DNA of 64,000 bases from Thermoplasmata archaeon (GCA_023265395.1 JAHFTX010000001.1:65897-129896), one strand, 5' to 3'. Positions 40,506-50,734 are shown, counted from the stretch's first letter. Numbers and translations: made by a program. Notes: generated by a model from the sequence alone, not told the origin.

Positions 40506-41176
40506 CCCTTTCCCTCCGGGTGCAGCTGCTGCAGGCGCGCCAGGTCGTGGGTCCGTGGGTCCGTACGCGTCGCAGGGGGTAACTCGCCGATGAGGTGACG
40601 ATGGTCCACATCGAGGGGCTGACGGACACCGCCCTCGCGCAGGACCTTGGCCGCCTGGTGGACGGCCTCGTAGATCTTGATGTAGCCCGTACAGCGACAG
40701 AGGTTGCCCCCCAGGGCCTCGTGTACCTGCTCGTCGGTCGGGTCGGGGCAGGATTCGAGGAAGGCACTGACCGCCATGATGAATCCGGGGGTGCAGAACC
40801 CACACTGACTCCCACCACAGCTGGCGAAGGCCTCCTGGACCGGATGGAGCCCATCGCCGTTGGCCATCCCCTCGATGGTGGTCACCTGCCGACCTGCGAC
40901 CTGCGCCGCCAAGGTCAGGCAGCTGAGCACCGCCACGCCTTCGACCTGCACGGTGCAACAGCCACAGGTGCCCAGGTCGCACCCACGCTTGGTCCCGGTC
41001 AGATGCAGTTGGTCTCGCAGGACATCGAGCAGGGTGGCGTAGGGACGGATGAGCAGTGCGTGCTCGTCTCCGTTGATGTTCAGGCGAAGCGGGAAGGAGG
41101 GTTGGGACTGCGGCATCGTTGTAGCGGCAGCATCTTGGCGTATCGCCCCGACCGGTCCCTTGTGCGGTGATGTCAT
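40502..41176 (-). CDS. hcrC: [2Fe-2S] subunit (HcrC/CoxS-like)
   Basis: GTKRGCDLGTCGCCTV, QCGFCTPG, GNLCRCTGY. Start is 41176 or 41116. Confidence 0.8.
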   Translation of the reverse strand: MTSPHKGPVGAIRQDAAATTMPQSQPSFPLRLNINGDEHALLIRPYATLLDVLRDQLHLTGTKRGCDLGTCGCCTVQVEGVAVLSCLTLAAQVAGRQVTTIEGMANGDGLHPVQEAFASCGGSQCGFCTPGFIMAVSAFLESCPDPTDEQVHEALGGNLCRCTGYIKIYEAVHQAAKVLREGGVRQPLDVDHRHLIGELPPATRTDPRTHDLARLQQLHPEGKG

Positions 41177-42120
41177 GGGTCCTCTTGCACCAGGTGTGGC
41201 GCGAGGTCCGTCCAGGGAATCACGTTCGAGGCCGTACCCTCGGCGGTCCCTCCGCTGGCGCCTCGAACTGCCGCGCGCGACTGCCGTCGGTCCTGCTCCC
41301 AGGCGCCCGCAGAGGCCGCCAAGAGCGCGGCCGTGGGACCGAGCCGGTCGGAGGCGATGATCTGGCTGACGATCGAGATAGCGATCTCTGGGACGGAGTT
41401 TGCCCCTATGCTCAGGCCCACGGGGCAGTGTACCCCTTCCAACCGCTCCGGCGGGTGGCCGTTGGCACGGAGGATCTTGCACATCGCGGTCCACTTGGTC
41501 CGGCTGCCGATGACGCCGATGATCCCCGGGAAGCGTTCCAGCAGCACATCGAGCGCCGCGACATCAACGTGGTAGGAGTAGCCGAGCAGCAGGGCGTCAC
41601 TGAAGCCCCGCAGCTCCCTGGCGCTCAGGGTGCGCAGTGCCGCGGCAGGCTCCGACGTCATCAGGACTTGGGCCTTGGGAAAGCGCTCCGCGGAGGCGAA
41701 CTCGGGCCGATCGTCGATGACACCGTAGCCGAGGCCCAGCAGGTCGCACTGGTCGGCGACCGCACGAGCGACGTGACCGCCACCGATCATGAGGAGCCGC
41801 GGGGGAGGCCGCAGGTACTCGATCACGACGGTGACCGAACCGCCGCACAGGCTGTCGAGGCCACCCTCCTTCCAACGTGAGAGGTCGAATCGCTCGGACC
41901 GTGATGTGTGGGTGGAGAGGACTTCACGCGCATGCGCCTTGACGATCTCCTCGAGCCCAGCCCCGCCGATGGTCCCCTTGGTCGAGCCATCCTCAAGGAC
42001 GAGCATCTTCGCCCCCTGTTTGCCCGGGACGGACCCTTCTACCCGCAGAACCGTCGCCATCGCCAGGGGCTGCCCATGGGAGAGCAACTGGGCGGCCTGG
42101 GCAAGGAGCGTCGCAGTCAT
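41173..42120 (-). CDS. xdhC: XdhC/CoxF molybdoenzyme maturation factor
   Basis: GSVPGKQGAKM, GTIGG, CGG, GGGHVA, IGVIGSRTK, PVGLSIGANSVPEIAISI. Confidence 0.9.
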   Translation of the reverse strand: MTATLLAQAAQLLSHGQPLAMATVLRVEGSVPGKQGAKMLVLEDGSTKGTIGGAGLEEIVKAHAREVLSTHTSRSERFDLSRWKEGGLDSLCGGSVTVVIEYLRPPPRLLMIGGGHVARAVADQCDLLGLGYGVIDDRPEFASAERFPKAQVLMTSEPAAALRTLSARELRGFSDALLLGYSYHVDVAALDVLLERFPGIIGVIGSRTKWTAMCKILRANGHPPERLEGVHCPVGLSIGANSVPEIAISIVSQIIASDRLGPTAALLAASAGAWEQDRRQSRAAVRGASGGTAEGTASNVIPWTDLAPHLVQEDP

Positions 42121-42836
42121 GAACCCTCTCGAGGCGCGGGGGTCGTATCAAGAGATCCGACAACCCTCCCCCGCTCATCGAGCCATTGTTCCGCTTCCGC
42201 GAGCTGCTCGGGTGTGTCGAGATTGAGGAGGATGGCCGGATCGGGGACTTCGAGAGTCAAGGTGCGCTCGGCACAAGATCGGACCCACTTGTTGAGCGGC
42301 TCGCTTGCCGGGAGGCGAAGGATCGATGGAATAGTCTGCGTGCGGAGGATTAGCGGATGACCGCGCCTTCCCTGATGGGTCGGCACAGCGAGATCGCGGC
42401 CCTTCTGGATATCCAATGCCGAGAGGAGCCGGAGGATTGTCGCGCCCTCGACGAACGGATGGTCAACCGGATGGACCACCACCAACATGTTGGGATGCCC
42501 GGTATCCTGGAGCCGACGAAGACCCGTCTGAAGGGAACCGGTCTTCCCCAGGTCCGTGCGCGTGTTGACATCGACGATGCATCGGTGCCCCAACCGGGCG
42601 CGGGCAGCATCCTCCATCGCGGGGCTGACCACCATCACGGTCTGCTCGGGTGTCGCCGCCTCGAGAGCATCCAGACACCACTCCGCCAAGGACCTCCCGC
42701 CCAGCGTCATCCAAGCCTTGGGTCCCCCCATCCGCACCCCCGAACCTGCTGCAAGGACGACTGCTGCGACCTTCGGTGCTCCCTCGCCCATCGCCGTGGC
42801 AGTGGTTTGGGGGGGAAAGGGCTTTTGCCCTGCCAT
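42117..42836 (-). CDS. mocA: Molybdenum cofactor cytidylyltransferase (MocA-like NTP transferase)
   Basis: VLAAGSGVRMGGPK, PVDHP, GRRGHP, NLDTP. The real start may be 42791. Confidence 0.82.
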   Translation of the reverse strand: MAGQKPFPPQTTATAMGEGAPKVAAVVLAAGSGVRMGGPKAWMTLGGRSLAEWCLDALEAATPEQTVMVVSPAMEDAARARLGHRCIVDVNTRTDLGKTGSLQTGLRRLQDTGHPNMLVVVHPVDHPFVEGATILRLLSALDIQKGRDLAVPTHQGRRGHPLILRTQTIPSILRLPASEPLNKWVRSCAERTLTLEVPDPAILLNLDTPEQLAEAEQWLDERGRVVGSLDTTPAPREGS

Positions 42837-42850
42837 GGCAAGGGACTCGC

Positions 42851-43528
42851 ATGGTCCGAATGCGGGAGGTCAAGATCTCCATCGACACCGCCAGCTGGCA
42901 GCGCGACTACGGGTACCACGACCTTTTCGAGGTGGTCAGCGCTGCTGACATCCTGCAGAACCTCACGTTGACCCGAGACGTCTTTGTCGACCTTTGGCGA
43001 TTGCAGCTACGTCCAGGTCGTACCCTTTCCAACCTCATCGGACCCTTGGGCATCGAGGATGCGACGCTTGTCGAGGATCTGGGCAACCACCAACTCGCGG
43101 TGGTTCGCGCACCCTTCCATGGGTTCCTCAAGCACTGGTACTTCAGCCTCGGCGTCCACTACAGCCATCCGCTGATCCTCCGACCCAACCGCGTGATCTT
43201 GACCATCTTCGGTCCTCCGACGATCGTCAGCGCCTGTCTCTCCTACCTCGACGACCGCGCCCTGCGCTATCGAATCCTCGCCAGCGGTCCCCACCAGTTC
43301 GGCGCCCAAGACCTGCTGCGCGTCCTTACCCCTCGCCAGCGGGAGGTGCTTGGCGCGGCGGTGCAGATGGGCTGGTTCGAACACCCGCGCAAGGTGACGG
43401 CTCGTGCGCTTGGCAAGTCCCTGGGGATCAGTCACCAAGCGGTCATCGAGTCGTTGCACCGCGGGCAGCGGCGCGTATGGCATCACTTGATCCCCCCCGA
43501 CGAGGGCGAAGCGCCCACCATCCGATGA
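42851..43528 (+). CDS. Bat/HTH_10-family transcriptional regulator
   Basis: C-terminal LTPRQREVLGAAVQMGWFEHPRKVTARALGKSLGISHQAVIESLHR; divergent from the Mo cluster. Confidence 0.88.
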   Translation: MVRMREVKISIDTASWQRDYGYHDLFEVVSAADILQNLTLTRDVFVDLWRLQLRPGRTLSNLIGPLGIEDATLVEDLGNHQLAVVRAPFHGFLKHWYFSLGVHYSHPLILRPNRVILTIFGPPTIVSACLSYLDDRALRYRILASGPHQFGAQDLLRVLTPRQREVLGAAVQMGWFEHPRKVTARALGKSLGISHQAVIESLHRGQRRVWHHLIPPDEGEAPTIR

Positions 43529-43561
43529 GTGACGAGTACGCAGGCCGCTACCGTCGAGGGC

Positions 43562-46447
43562 TCAACGCAGCTGATTGAGGATATCCTCGGCGCGTGCGGC
43601 GCCCCTACGGTCCCCTTGGTCTTTGGCGATGCGCAAGGCGCGTCGCAACACGTTCTTCGATTCCTTTGGATCGGAGCCCCTCAAGACCCTCCCCAGATTG
43701 AGCAGTATGGCGACCTCTCCTTCGTGATCGTCGACCTCTCGGACGCGCGTGAGGGCTTGCTGCAACTGTCCGATGGCAGCAGCCTCTTGATCCGCTTGCT
43801 CGAGGACCCAGGCGAGCTCGAGCCGCCGACGGGCCTCGGCGGCAGGTTCGGCGGTCCACGCGATCGCCTGGGTAAGGTGGGCCTGCTGGGCAGGGTGGTC
43901 CGAGAGGTCTGCGGCGCATTGGGCCGCCTCGCGGCACAGGGCAGCCCCATCTGCGAGATTGAGCCCCCGGCGGAGTAACGTCAGAGGTTCCGTAGGGCGC
44001 CCTTGATGATCGATTGGGACCTCTGCAACAAGGGCGGACCGGAAGAGGACCATCGCACGCTCCAGCTGGCGCAGGGCTTCAGCGGGTTTGCCAGCATTGC
44101 GCAGCATCTTCGCATAGCGAAGTGTCGTGGCGACACTCGGTCCGGGCTGGTCGGTGCTGGCGTAGGCCTCCTGCGCCTGCTCCAGCCTCAAGGTTGCCTC
44201 ATCCCATCGGCCGGCCTCGGCCAAGAAGAGGGCTAGGTTGGTCAGGATCCCCCCGAACATCCCCTGGCTGAGCACAGACCATCCACCGGACTCCTCCTCG
44301 AATGGTGCCAGGGCAGCGCGATATGCTGCTTCAGCATCGCTTCGTCGGCCCAGGCGCTGATACGTCTGTCCAAGGTTGTTCTCTACGGCTGCAAGTCCCC
44401 CCGAGTCCTGCAATCCCCCCAGGAGGTCCCGTGCCTCGAGGTAATGCGTGATCGCCTGATCGTACGCCCCTCGATGACGGTACACCACCCCAAGATCGAG
44501 GAGTTCCTTGGCGATGCCACGGGTGTCGCCCCTGCGTCGGAAGATCGCGAGCGCTGCGGTGTGGTTCTCGAGCGCTGCGCTCGTCTGCGCGGTCTGGAGG
44601 TGCACCCAACCGATGCGGCCATGCACCTGCCCAAGAGGCTCCCCGACCACCCCAATCTCTTGCATCAGCACGCGTGCATGCTCGTAGGCGGCAATCGCCT
44701 CATCCCATTGCTCCCGGGCTGCAGACACATCACCACGGAGGAGCTGCAGGCGTGCCAAGGTCTCGGTGCCCAGCAGGTCGACATCGGGGGGGAATGCATC
44801 CAGGACCTCGCCGACCTTGAGATGCCCGGCTTCAATGGCCTCGGGACCGATCGTCATGATCCGCGTCGCGGCCTGCCGCCACTCTTGCGCCTGCTGGAGG
44901 TGATGGATCGCCTCGAGATGATCCTCAAGCGCTCCCCGAGAGTCGAAACAGATGGCCGCTTGGTGATGCAGTTCGATCCGCCGTAGCGTGGTGATCCTCG
45001 TCGCCACATGTTCGCGCACAAGGTCATGGCATTCGATTCGTTCGCCGGGCAAGTCAAGGAGCATCGAGGCGCGTCGGAGTTCTTCGAGCGGGACAACTCC
45101 GAGCTGGGTGCGTGCCCACGTCCCATCGATGGGGCCCCGAAAGACCGCGATTGACTCGAGCGCTGCGCGAGCGCTCGGTGAGAGGCGACCGAGAACCTCC
45201 TGCTCGATGAAGGCCTCGATGCTCCGGACCGGTTCGGGGGTCTGCAACTCCCCGATCAGTTCCAGGAAGAGCGGGACCCCCTTGGTGAGAGCGAACCATC
45301 GGTCGGCGACGGTGGGCGGTAATCTCTCCAGCAGGGTCCTGCTCTCCGCACGGTCGAGCCCTCCCAGTCGCCGGTGCAGCAACGTCTGCGACGAGTGGAT
45401 GTCTCGTTCGTCGAAGAACGGGAGGTCTCGCCGGCTGATGACCACGAGAGCGAACCCCTTTCGAGAGCAGGCGAGGTCCTTGAGGAAGGTCAGCAAGCCC
45501 TCCAATTGGTCGGCCGCCTTATGCACGTCGTCGATCACCAGCAATACCGCAAGCCCCTCGAGGTCGGCAGTCAGGGCGGCCGCAGCGACCCCCATCTCCA
45601 CAGGGTGGTGGCTGTCGATGACCGCCCGGTGCAGGGCCGTACGCCCCGCCCGCTTGAGGAACAGCGCCACCTGCCGCATGACGCTGGTGGGAGTGTCCCA
45701 GTCATAGGCCCGGATCCAACAGGTGTGGAAGTCCCCCGCCAGTCGTTCAACGACCTTGGCGCACAGGGCGGACTTGCCGATTCCCGCAATCCCGATGATG
45801 GCGACCGTACCGCCGTCGGGCAAGAGATGCGCGCTCATCTCGTCGATCAGGGTCCCGCGGCCGACGAATCGTGTCGACATCGGGATCTGATCATGCGAGT
45901 GGACCAGCGCCCCGCCGGCCGGATTGGTGATGGAGCGGGGTGCAGTTGGGGGGAGACGGATCGGATGCCCTTCGTTGGCCAGTTCGGTCAGGAGGCGCGT
46001 GCAGACCTCGGGTGTCAGAGGGTCCGCCAGGCGGGCACTCTCCACCAGCTGACTCTCGCTTAGTGCGATTCCCCCGTTGATTACCAACCGCTCAAGGATG
46101 GCCGCACCGGTGAGCACTTCCCGTTTTCCCCCGGTCATTCGGAATGCATACTCGTCATGTCGAGCACGCTCGCGCAGCGTTGCAGCGGCATCTGTCCCTG
46201 TCCCCGTGAGCGCGTAGGCCTTCCGTCGGCGGTTGGTCCCCTGGACGTGGGCCAGTCGGCTCTCGATGAACCCCTCCGCCGCCAAACGCGTCAGCGCCCG
46301 CGAGACGTTGTTGGGGAGCAGGTGGAGCGAAGCGGCGATGCCCTCCTGTCCGACCGCCACTGGCGCATCCCACTGATCGGGTCGCTGGACGTACTGCGCA
46401 AGATGGAGCAGGATTCGCTTCTCCACCGACCAACCCTTCACGTGCAT
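43562..46447 (-). CDS. wHTH + P-loop NTPase (STAND-like) + TPR protein
   Basis: N-terminal HTH (QEGIAASL...VSRALTRL...RKAYALT), FVGR, GIAGIGKS, LLVIDDVH, GVPLFLEL, then TPRs. Confidence 0.85.
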   Translation of the reverse strand: MHVKGWSVEKRILLHLAQYVQRPDQWDAPVAVGQEGIAASLHLLPNNVSRALTRLAAEGFIESRLAHVQGTNRRRKAYALTGTGTDAAATLRERARHDEYAFRMTGGKREVLTGAAILERLVINGGIALSESQLVESARLADPLTPEVCTRLLTELANEGHPIRLPPTAPRSITNPAGGALVHSHDQIPMSTRFVGRGTLIDEMSAHLLPDGGTVAIIGIAGIGKSALCAKVVERLAGDFHTCWIRAYDWDTPTSVMRQVALFLKRAGRTALHRAVIDSHHPVEMGVAAAALTADLEGLAVLLVIDDVHKAADQLEGLLTFLKDLACSRKGFALVVISRRDLPFFDERDIHSSQTLLHRRLGGLDRAESRTLLERLPPTVADRWFALTKGVPLFLELIGELQTPEPVRSIEAFIEQEVLGRLSPSARAALESIAVFRGPIDGTWARTQLGVVPLEELRRASMLLDLPGERIECHDLVREHVATRITTLRRIELHHQAAICFDSRGALEDHLEAIHHLQQAQEWRQAATRIMTIGPEAIEAGHLKVGEVLDAFPPDVDLLGTETLARLQLLRGDVSAAREQWDEAIAAYEHARVLMQEIGVVGEPLGQVHGRIGWVHLQTAQTSAALENHTAALAIFRRRGDTRGIAKELLDLGVVYRHRGAYDQAITHYLEARDLLGGLQDSGGLAAVENNLGQTYQRLGRRSDAEAAYRAALAPFEEESGGWSVLSQGMFGGILTNLALFLAEAGRWDEATLRLEQAQEAYASTDQPGPSVATTLRYAKMLRNAGKPAEALRQLERAMVLFRSALVAEVPIDHQGRPTEPLTLLRRGLNLADGAALCREAAQCAADLSDHPAQQAHLTQAIAWTAEPAAEARRRLELAWVLEQADQEAAAIGQLQQALTRVREVDDHEGEVAILLNLGRVLRGSDPKESKNVLRRALRIAKDQGDRRGAARAEDILNQLR

Positions 46448-46539
46448 CAGAGCAAGGCCCGGCCCTTCAACACTGCGGTGGGAGTACGCCCTCGCCTGCG
46501 GTCAAAGGGTTTATCCTCGAATGACCCCAGCGGCCGGCG

Positions 46540-47460
46540 ATGGTCCGCTCGAATCGGGCTGTGACGCAGCGTACGACGACGTCGGAAGATGTCCCCGAGG
46601 AGCAGATGACCTTCCTTGGTCATCTCGACGCATTGCGCCACGCCCTCGTCCGCGGCTCGATCCCCATCATCCTGATCATCGGCCTGGCGCTGATTGTCCG
46701 GCTCCAGCCGGTGATGATCGGCGAGATGGGGTTGATCCTCCCGGTACCCATTCCGCTGACGTGCGACCTCAACGATCCGGCGGCGTGTGGATCGCAGATG
46801 GGCGACAACGTGGCCAACCAGCTGATCGCGCAGGCCCAACAGGACCTGCTCCCCGCAGATGTCGAGATGGTCACGATCTCCCCGGTCGATGGGGTCCTCG
46901 CGCAGGTCTGCGTCGCTGGCTTCGTGGGCTTGGTGCTGGGGATGCCCTTCTTGGTCTACCAGCTGGGCCGGTTCCTCAGCCCGGCATTGCGTCCGCGCGA
47001 GCGCAAGGTCGCCTATGCGACGATCGTCCCCGCATCCTCCTTGTTCCTTGGTGGTGCCCTCTTCGCCTATCGATGGCTCCTCCCCTTCACCTACGCGTTC
47101 TTGTACGGTTATGTTCCCACCGGGACGCGCTCGCTGATCACCCTCCCCTCCTTCATCGAGTTCACCGTCCTGTTCATCGTCGCCTTCGGGCTCAGCTTCG
47201 AGCTCCCTGTGATCATGGCATTGCTCTCCTACAGTGGCCTGGTCGACCCCGACCTCTACCGCCGAGGATGGCGCTTTGCGGTCATCGCGATATTCATCTT
47301 CGCCGCGGTGATCACTCCCGATGCATCAGGGGTGACGATGTTCATCGTCGCTGCACCAATGGTCGCCCTGTACGTGGTGGGGTGGTTGGTCGGCAGGCGG
47401 GTCTATCCTCACGGGTCATCGACGAGTGCAGAACGCCCGCGTGGGGTTGACGCACCCTAG
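46540..47460 (+). CDS. tatC: Twin-arginine translocase TatC
   Basis: MTFLGHLDALR, FLSPALRPRERK, FGLSFELP, AAVITPD. Confidence 0.93.
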   Translation: MVRSNRAVTQRTTTSEDVPEEQMTFLGHLDALRHALVRGSIPIILIIGLALIVRLQPVMIGEMGLILPVPIPLTCDLNDPAACGSQMGDNVANQLIAQAQQDLLPADVEMVTISPVDGVLAQVCVAGFVGLVLGMPFLVYQLGRFLSPALRPRERKVAYATIVPASSLFLGGALFAYRWLLPFTYAFLYGYVPTGTRSLITLPSFIEFTVLFIVAFGLSFELPVIMALLSYSGLVDPDLYRRGWRFAVIAIFIFAAVITPDASGVTMFIVAAPMVALYVVGWLVGRRVYPHGSSTSAERPRGVDAP

Positions 47461-47570
47461 TCGGCTGCCCCATCGCCGCTCCCCCAGGCCGCTGCCACAG
47501 AGGGATGTCGCACTCCTCCGCGCACCACAGACCCAAAGCTACTTGGCGCGGCTCCGGCAAGCACCGACCC

Positions 47571-48926
47571 ATGGTCATGGACGACCTCGCAGAGCGGCTC
47601 CGCGGAGTGATGGACCGCATCCGGCGGGCCAAGGCCGTCGATGCGGACCTGATCAAGCAAGTCGTACGCGAGCTGCAATCTGCCCTCCTGCGCGCCGATG
47701 TCGATGCCAAGTTGACGCTGAAACTGACCAAGGCGATTGAGCAGCGCGCCTTGGAGGAATCTCCCAAGGGGGGCGACGATTCCCGCACCCATGTCCTGCG
47801 GATCATCGTCGAGGAGCTGACCGCAATCCTCGGCGAGGCCCGCCGCATCCCCATCAAGCGACAGCGTATCATGCTCGTGGGGCTCTATGGCCAAGGCAAG
47901 ACGACCTCCGCAGGCAAGATGGCGCGGTACTTCAAGAAGAGGGGACTCAAGGTCGGACTGATCGCCGCCGACATCCACCGGCCGGCGGCCGTCGATCAGC
48001 TCCGTACCCTCTCGCGGCAAGCTGACGTCGCATTCTATTGCGAACCAGGAGGGAGGGATGCGCCTGCGATCGTCTCCCGAGGCCTGGCGGAGCTCGGCGG
48101 CGTCGACGTCGTCATCATCGACACCGCGGGTCGGCACGACCTCGATGTGAGCCTGATCGAGGAGATGAAGGCAGTCGACCGAGTCGCCAACCCTGACGAG
48201 AAGCTCCTGGTGATGGACGCGACCTTGGGTCGAGCGGCGCAGAAGCAGGCGGCGGCCTTCCACGAGGCAATCGGGGTCACGGGGGTCATCATCACCAAGC
48301 TCGACGGCTCTGCAAAGGCCGGTGGCGCTCTCTCGGCAGTTCAGACTACACAGGCTGGAGTGGTCTTCATCGGCGTTGGGGAGCACATGGACGACCTCGA
48401 GGGGTTCGACCCACCAGCGTTCATCAGCCGGCTATTGGGAATGGGGGACCTCAGCGGCCTCGCCGAGCGCTTCGAAGGTGTCGTCAAGGAGGAGGATGCC
48501 GAGGCGATGGCCCGCCGCATTCTGCGGGGGAAGTTCACCCTCTACGACCTGCGCAGTCAGATGGACATGGTCAACAGTGCCGGGACCTTCAAGAAACTCG
48601 TCTCGTTCTTCCCGGGGATGGGGGGAGCGATGACCGATGCACAGCTGGATGCCACCGAGGACCAGATCCGCAAGTTCAGGATCATCATGAACTCAATGCA
48701 CTCCTCGGAGATGGAGGATCCAACGAGCATCAAGCACTCCAACATGCTGCGGATCGCGCAGGGCGCGGGCATGCGGCCCGAGGATGTCAAAGAGCTCCTG
48801 CGGTACCATCGGAAGGCCCGCAAGCAGATGCGCAGCTTCAGTGGGGACCGCGGGAAGATGCGCAAGCTCAAGCAGATGATGGAATCGGGTGTCGGCATGC
48901 CCCCGATGGGCCCCTTCGGGGCGTAA
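47571..48926 (+). CDS. srp54: Signal recognition particle protein SRP54
   Basis: GLYGQGKTT, DTAGRH, TKLDGSAKAGG, RLLGMGD and a Met-rich M domain. Confidence 0.95.
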   Translation: MVMDDLAERLRGVMDRIRRAKAVDADLIKQVVRELQSALLRADVDAKLTLKLTKAIEQRALEESPKGGDDSRTHVLRIIVEELTAILGEARRIPIKRQRIMLVGLYGQGKTTSAGKMARYFKKRGLKVGLIAADIHRPAAVDQLRTLSRQADVAFYCEPGGRDAPAIVSRGLAELGGVDVVIIDTAGRHDLDVSLIEEMKAVDRVANPDEKLLVMDATLGRAAQKQAAAFHEAIGVTGVIITKLDGSAKAGGALSAVQTTQAGVVFIGVGEHMDDLEGFDPPAFISRLLGMGDLSGLAERFEGVVKEEDAEAMARRILRGKFTLYDLRSQMDMVNSAGTFKKLVSFFPGMGGAMTDAQLDATEDQIRKFRIIMNSMHSSEMEDPTSIKHSNMLRIAQGAGMRPEDVKELLRYHRKARKQMRSFSGDRGKMRKLKQMMESGVGMPPMGPFGA

Positions 48927-48934
48927 GGGAGCCC

Positions 48935-49300
48935 CTAGCGCCCAGGGGCCTTGGAACGGCGCGGCGTGCGCCTTCCACTGGGGCGCTTGCCTCCAGCAGT
49001 GGACGCAGCGGCTTGCGCCCTCGGCTTGGACTTCTGCCGGGCAGACGGGGGTGGTCGTCCAAGCGCCGCCCTTCGTTGGCGCCCACTGTCACTCTCGACG
49101 CGAATCAGGGTCGTCTGTCGTGACTCGAGGATTGGCAGTTCTTCGACCGCAGTTTCCCAGCTACAGACCGCGCGCTCATCGCCATCGAGGAACACCTCCG
49201 ACTCAGGATTATCGCGTTGGATGCTCTGGATGAGGTCCGTCACGTCCTTGATGGTATGGTGCGGTTCGATTCGCAGCCAGACCTTCTTCTTTCGGAGGAT
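48935..49300 (-). CDS. Small hypothetical protein, possibly with a non-canonical ATC start
   Basis: Frame is open upstream of GTG 49243 (ILRKKKVWLRIEPHHTIKDVTD...EVFLDGDERAVCS); GGGGGT SD lies 6 nt before ATC 49300. Confidence 0.55.
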   Translation of the reverse strand: MLRKKKVWLRIEPHHTIKDVTDLIQSIQRDNPESEVFLDGDERAVCSWETAVEELPILESRQTTLIRVESDSGRQRRAALGRPPPSARQKSKPRAQAAASTAGGKRPSGRRTPRRSKAPGR

Positions 49301-49403
49301 GAGGGTACCCCCTTTATCGGACCTGGGGCGGAACCGCCCCTGGGGCGGTAGGTCTGGTGCCTGGGGGCCTTAAAGGTGCGGTCCATCGAACACCCCCTCG
49401 TGG

Positions 49404-50672
49404 ATGACCGGGGTAGTTTTCGCGATGCGCGGCGAGCCCTTGGCCCTGCTCGGGAACACACAGGGCCTTGATATCCTCAGCATCGCTGTGCGACCTGAGC
49501 GATTCCCGATGGTAGCGTCCGACTCACCCCTTGCGGAGGGCACATTGCTCAGTGGGGCGCTCTGGTCGCTCGATGGGTTCATCGAGGGATGGATCGAAAT
49601 TGCTTCGGGCAAAGTCGGTGCAGTGGGCTTTGGCGTCCCCCCTCGCTCCCCAGACCACGAAGGATGGATCGTCCCTCCGTGGGTCGATGGGCACACCCAC
49701 CTAGGTGATCGGGGCCTGCGAGGCTCCCCTCAGGCCGAGCGAGCCGACCTCGCGACGCTCGTCGCACCACCCAACGGAGTGAAGCATCGCTACCTGACGA
49801 CCACACCACGATCCGACCTCGTCGAGCAGGCCGCGCGTTTTCTCTCAGAGTGTTGCGCGGGTGGTACGGGGTGGATCTGGGACTTCCGTGAATCCGCCCT
49901 CCAGGGACAACAGATCCTCTGGGACGCGCTCGCCGCAGGAGGGCAGGCACCCTACGTCCATGCCTACTACCGGCCAGAGGCTTTCGCAGGGACGTCGGAC
50001 TACGGCTCCTTGCCGACGGTCCCGGCAGCCGTGCGCTCGCGGACCGAGATCGCCGGCGTCCATCTGAGTTCGGTCAGCGATCACTCCCCTGAGGAGCTTG
50101 ATTCGTTCCGCCGTTGGGCAGCGCACCTGGGTGCGCCAGTCGCTCTGCATTTCTGCGAAGGGCACGCCGAGCCACTCTCGCAGCTCGAGATCCTCAGACC
50201 AGTCCGGGTCATCCATCTGACGCACGCAGATCGGGCATCCATCCGTGCTGTGCGGAGGCTGGGATCGACGGTGGTGTTGTGCGTTCGGTCGAACGCCCGG
50301 TTCGGGATTGCGCCAGACCTGCGCCCCATCCTCGAGGAGGGAATCCGCCCGATGCTGGGTACGGACAACGCCTTCCTCCATGAACCGGTGTTCGCCGAGG
50401 AGGTTGGAGCGTTCCTGCGGCTGGCTGCTCGACAAGGGCTCGACCCCCACCTAGCATGGCGAGCGATCGACGTCGGATGGAATGACCAGGTCAGAGCGGG
50501 GAGTTTGCCCTGGGAGGTCGGCGCTCCGGCCCAGGTGCAACTCTACCCCCAGTGGAGCGAGGATTTCGTCGATGACCTGCTCCAAGGGACTGGCCCTTCA
50601 CCCAAGCTGGGCCCCTTTCGCCCGCTTGTGGTCTCCGATGGCACCGCCACACCCGTGGTCTCCCCCACGTAG
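49404..50672 (+). CDS. Metal-dependent amidohydrolase/deaminase
   Basis: DGHTHLGD, HFCEG, IHLTH and LGTDN motifs. Start uncertain. Confidence 0.82.
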   Translation: MTGVVFAMRGEPLALLGNTQGLDILSIAVRPERFPMVASDSPLAEGTLLSGALWSLDGFIEGWIEIASGKVGAVGFGVPPRSPDHEGWIVPPWVDGHTHLGDRGLRGSPQAERADLATLVAPPNGVKHRYLTTTPRSDLVEQAARFLSECCAGGTGWIWDFRESALQGQQILWDALAAGGQAPYVHAYYRPEAFAGTSDYGSLPTVPAAVRSRTEIAGVHLSSVSDHSPEELDSFRRWAAHLGAPVALHFCEGHAEPLSQLEILRPVRVIHLTHADRASIRAVRRLGSTVVLCVRSNARFGIAPDLRPILEEGIRPMLGTDNAFLHEPVFAEEVGAFLRLAARQGLDPHLAWRAIDVGWNDQVRAGSLPWEVGAPAQVQLYPQWSEDFVDDLLQGTGPSPKLGPFRPLVVSDGTATPVVSPT

Positions 50673-50734
50673 CATCGGATCGGTGGCGCAGACCGAAAGG
50701 GCAAAGGGGCGCAGCCCGATGCCCACCAGTCTCC

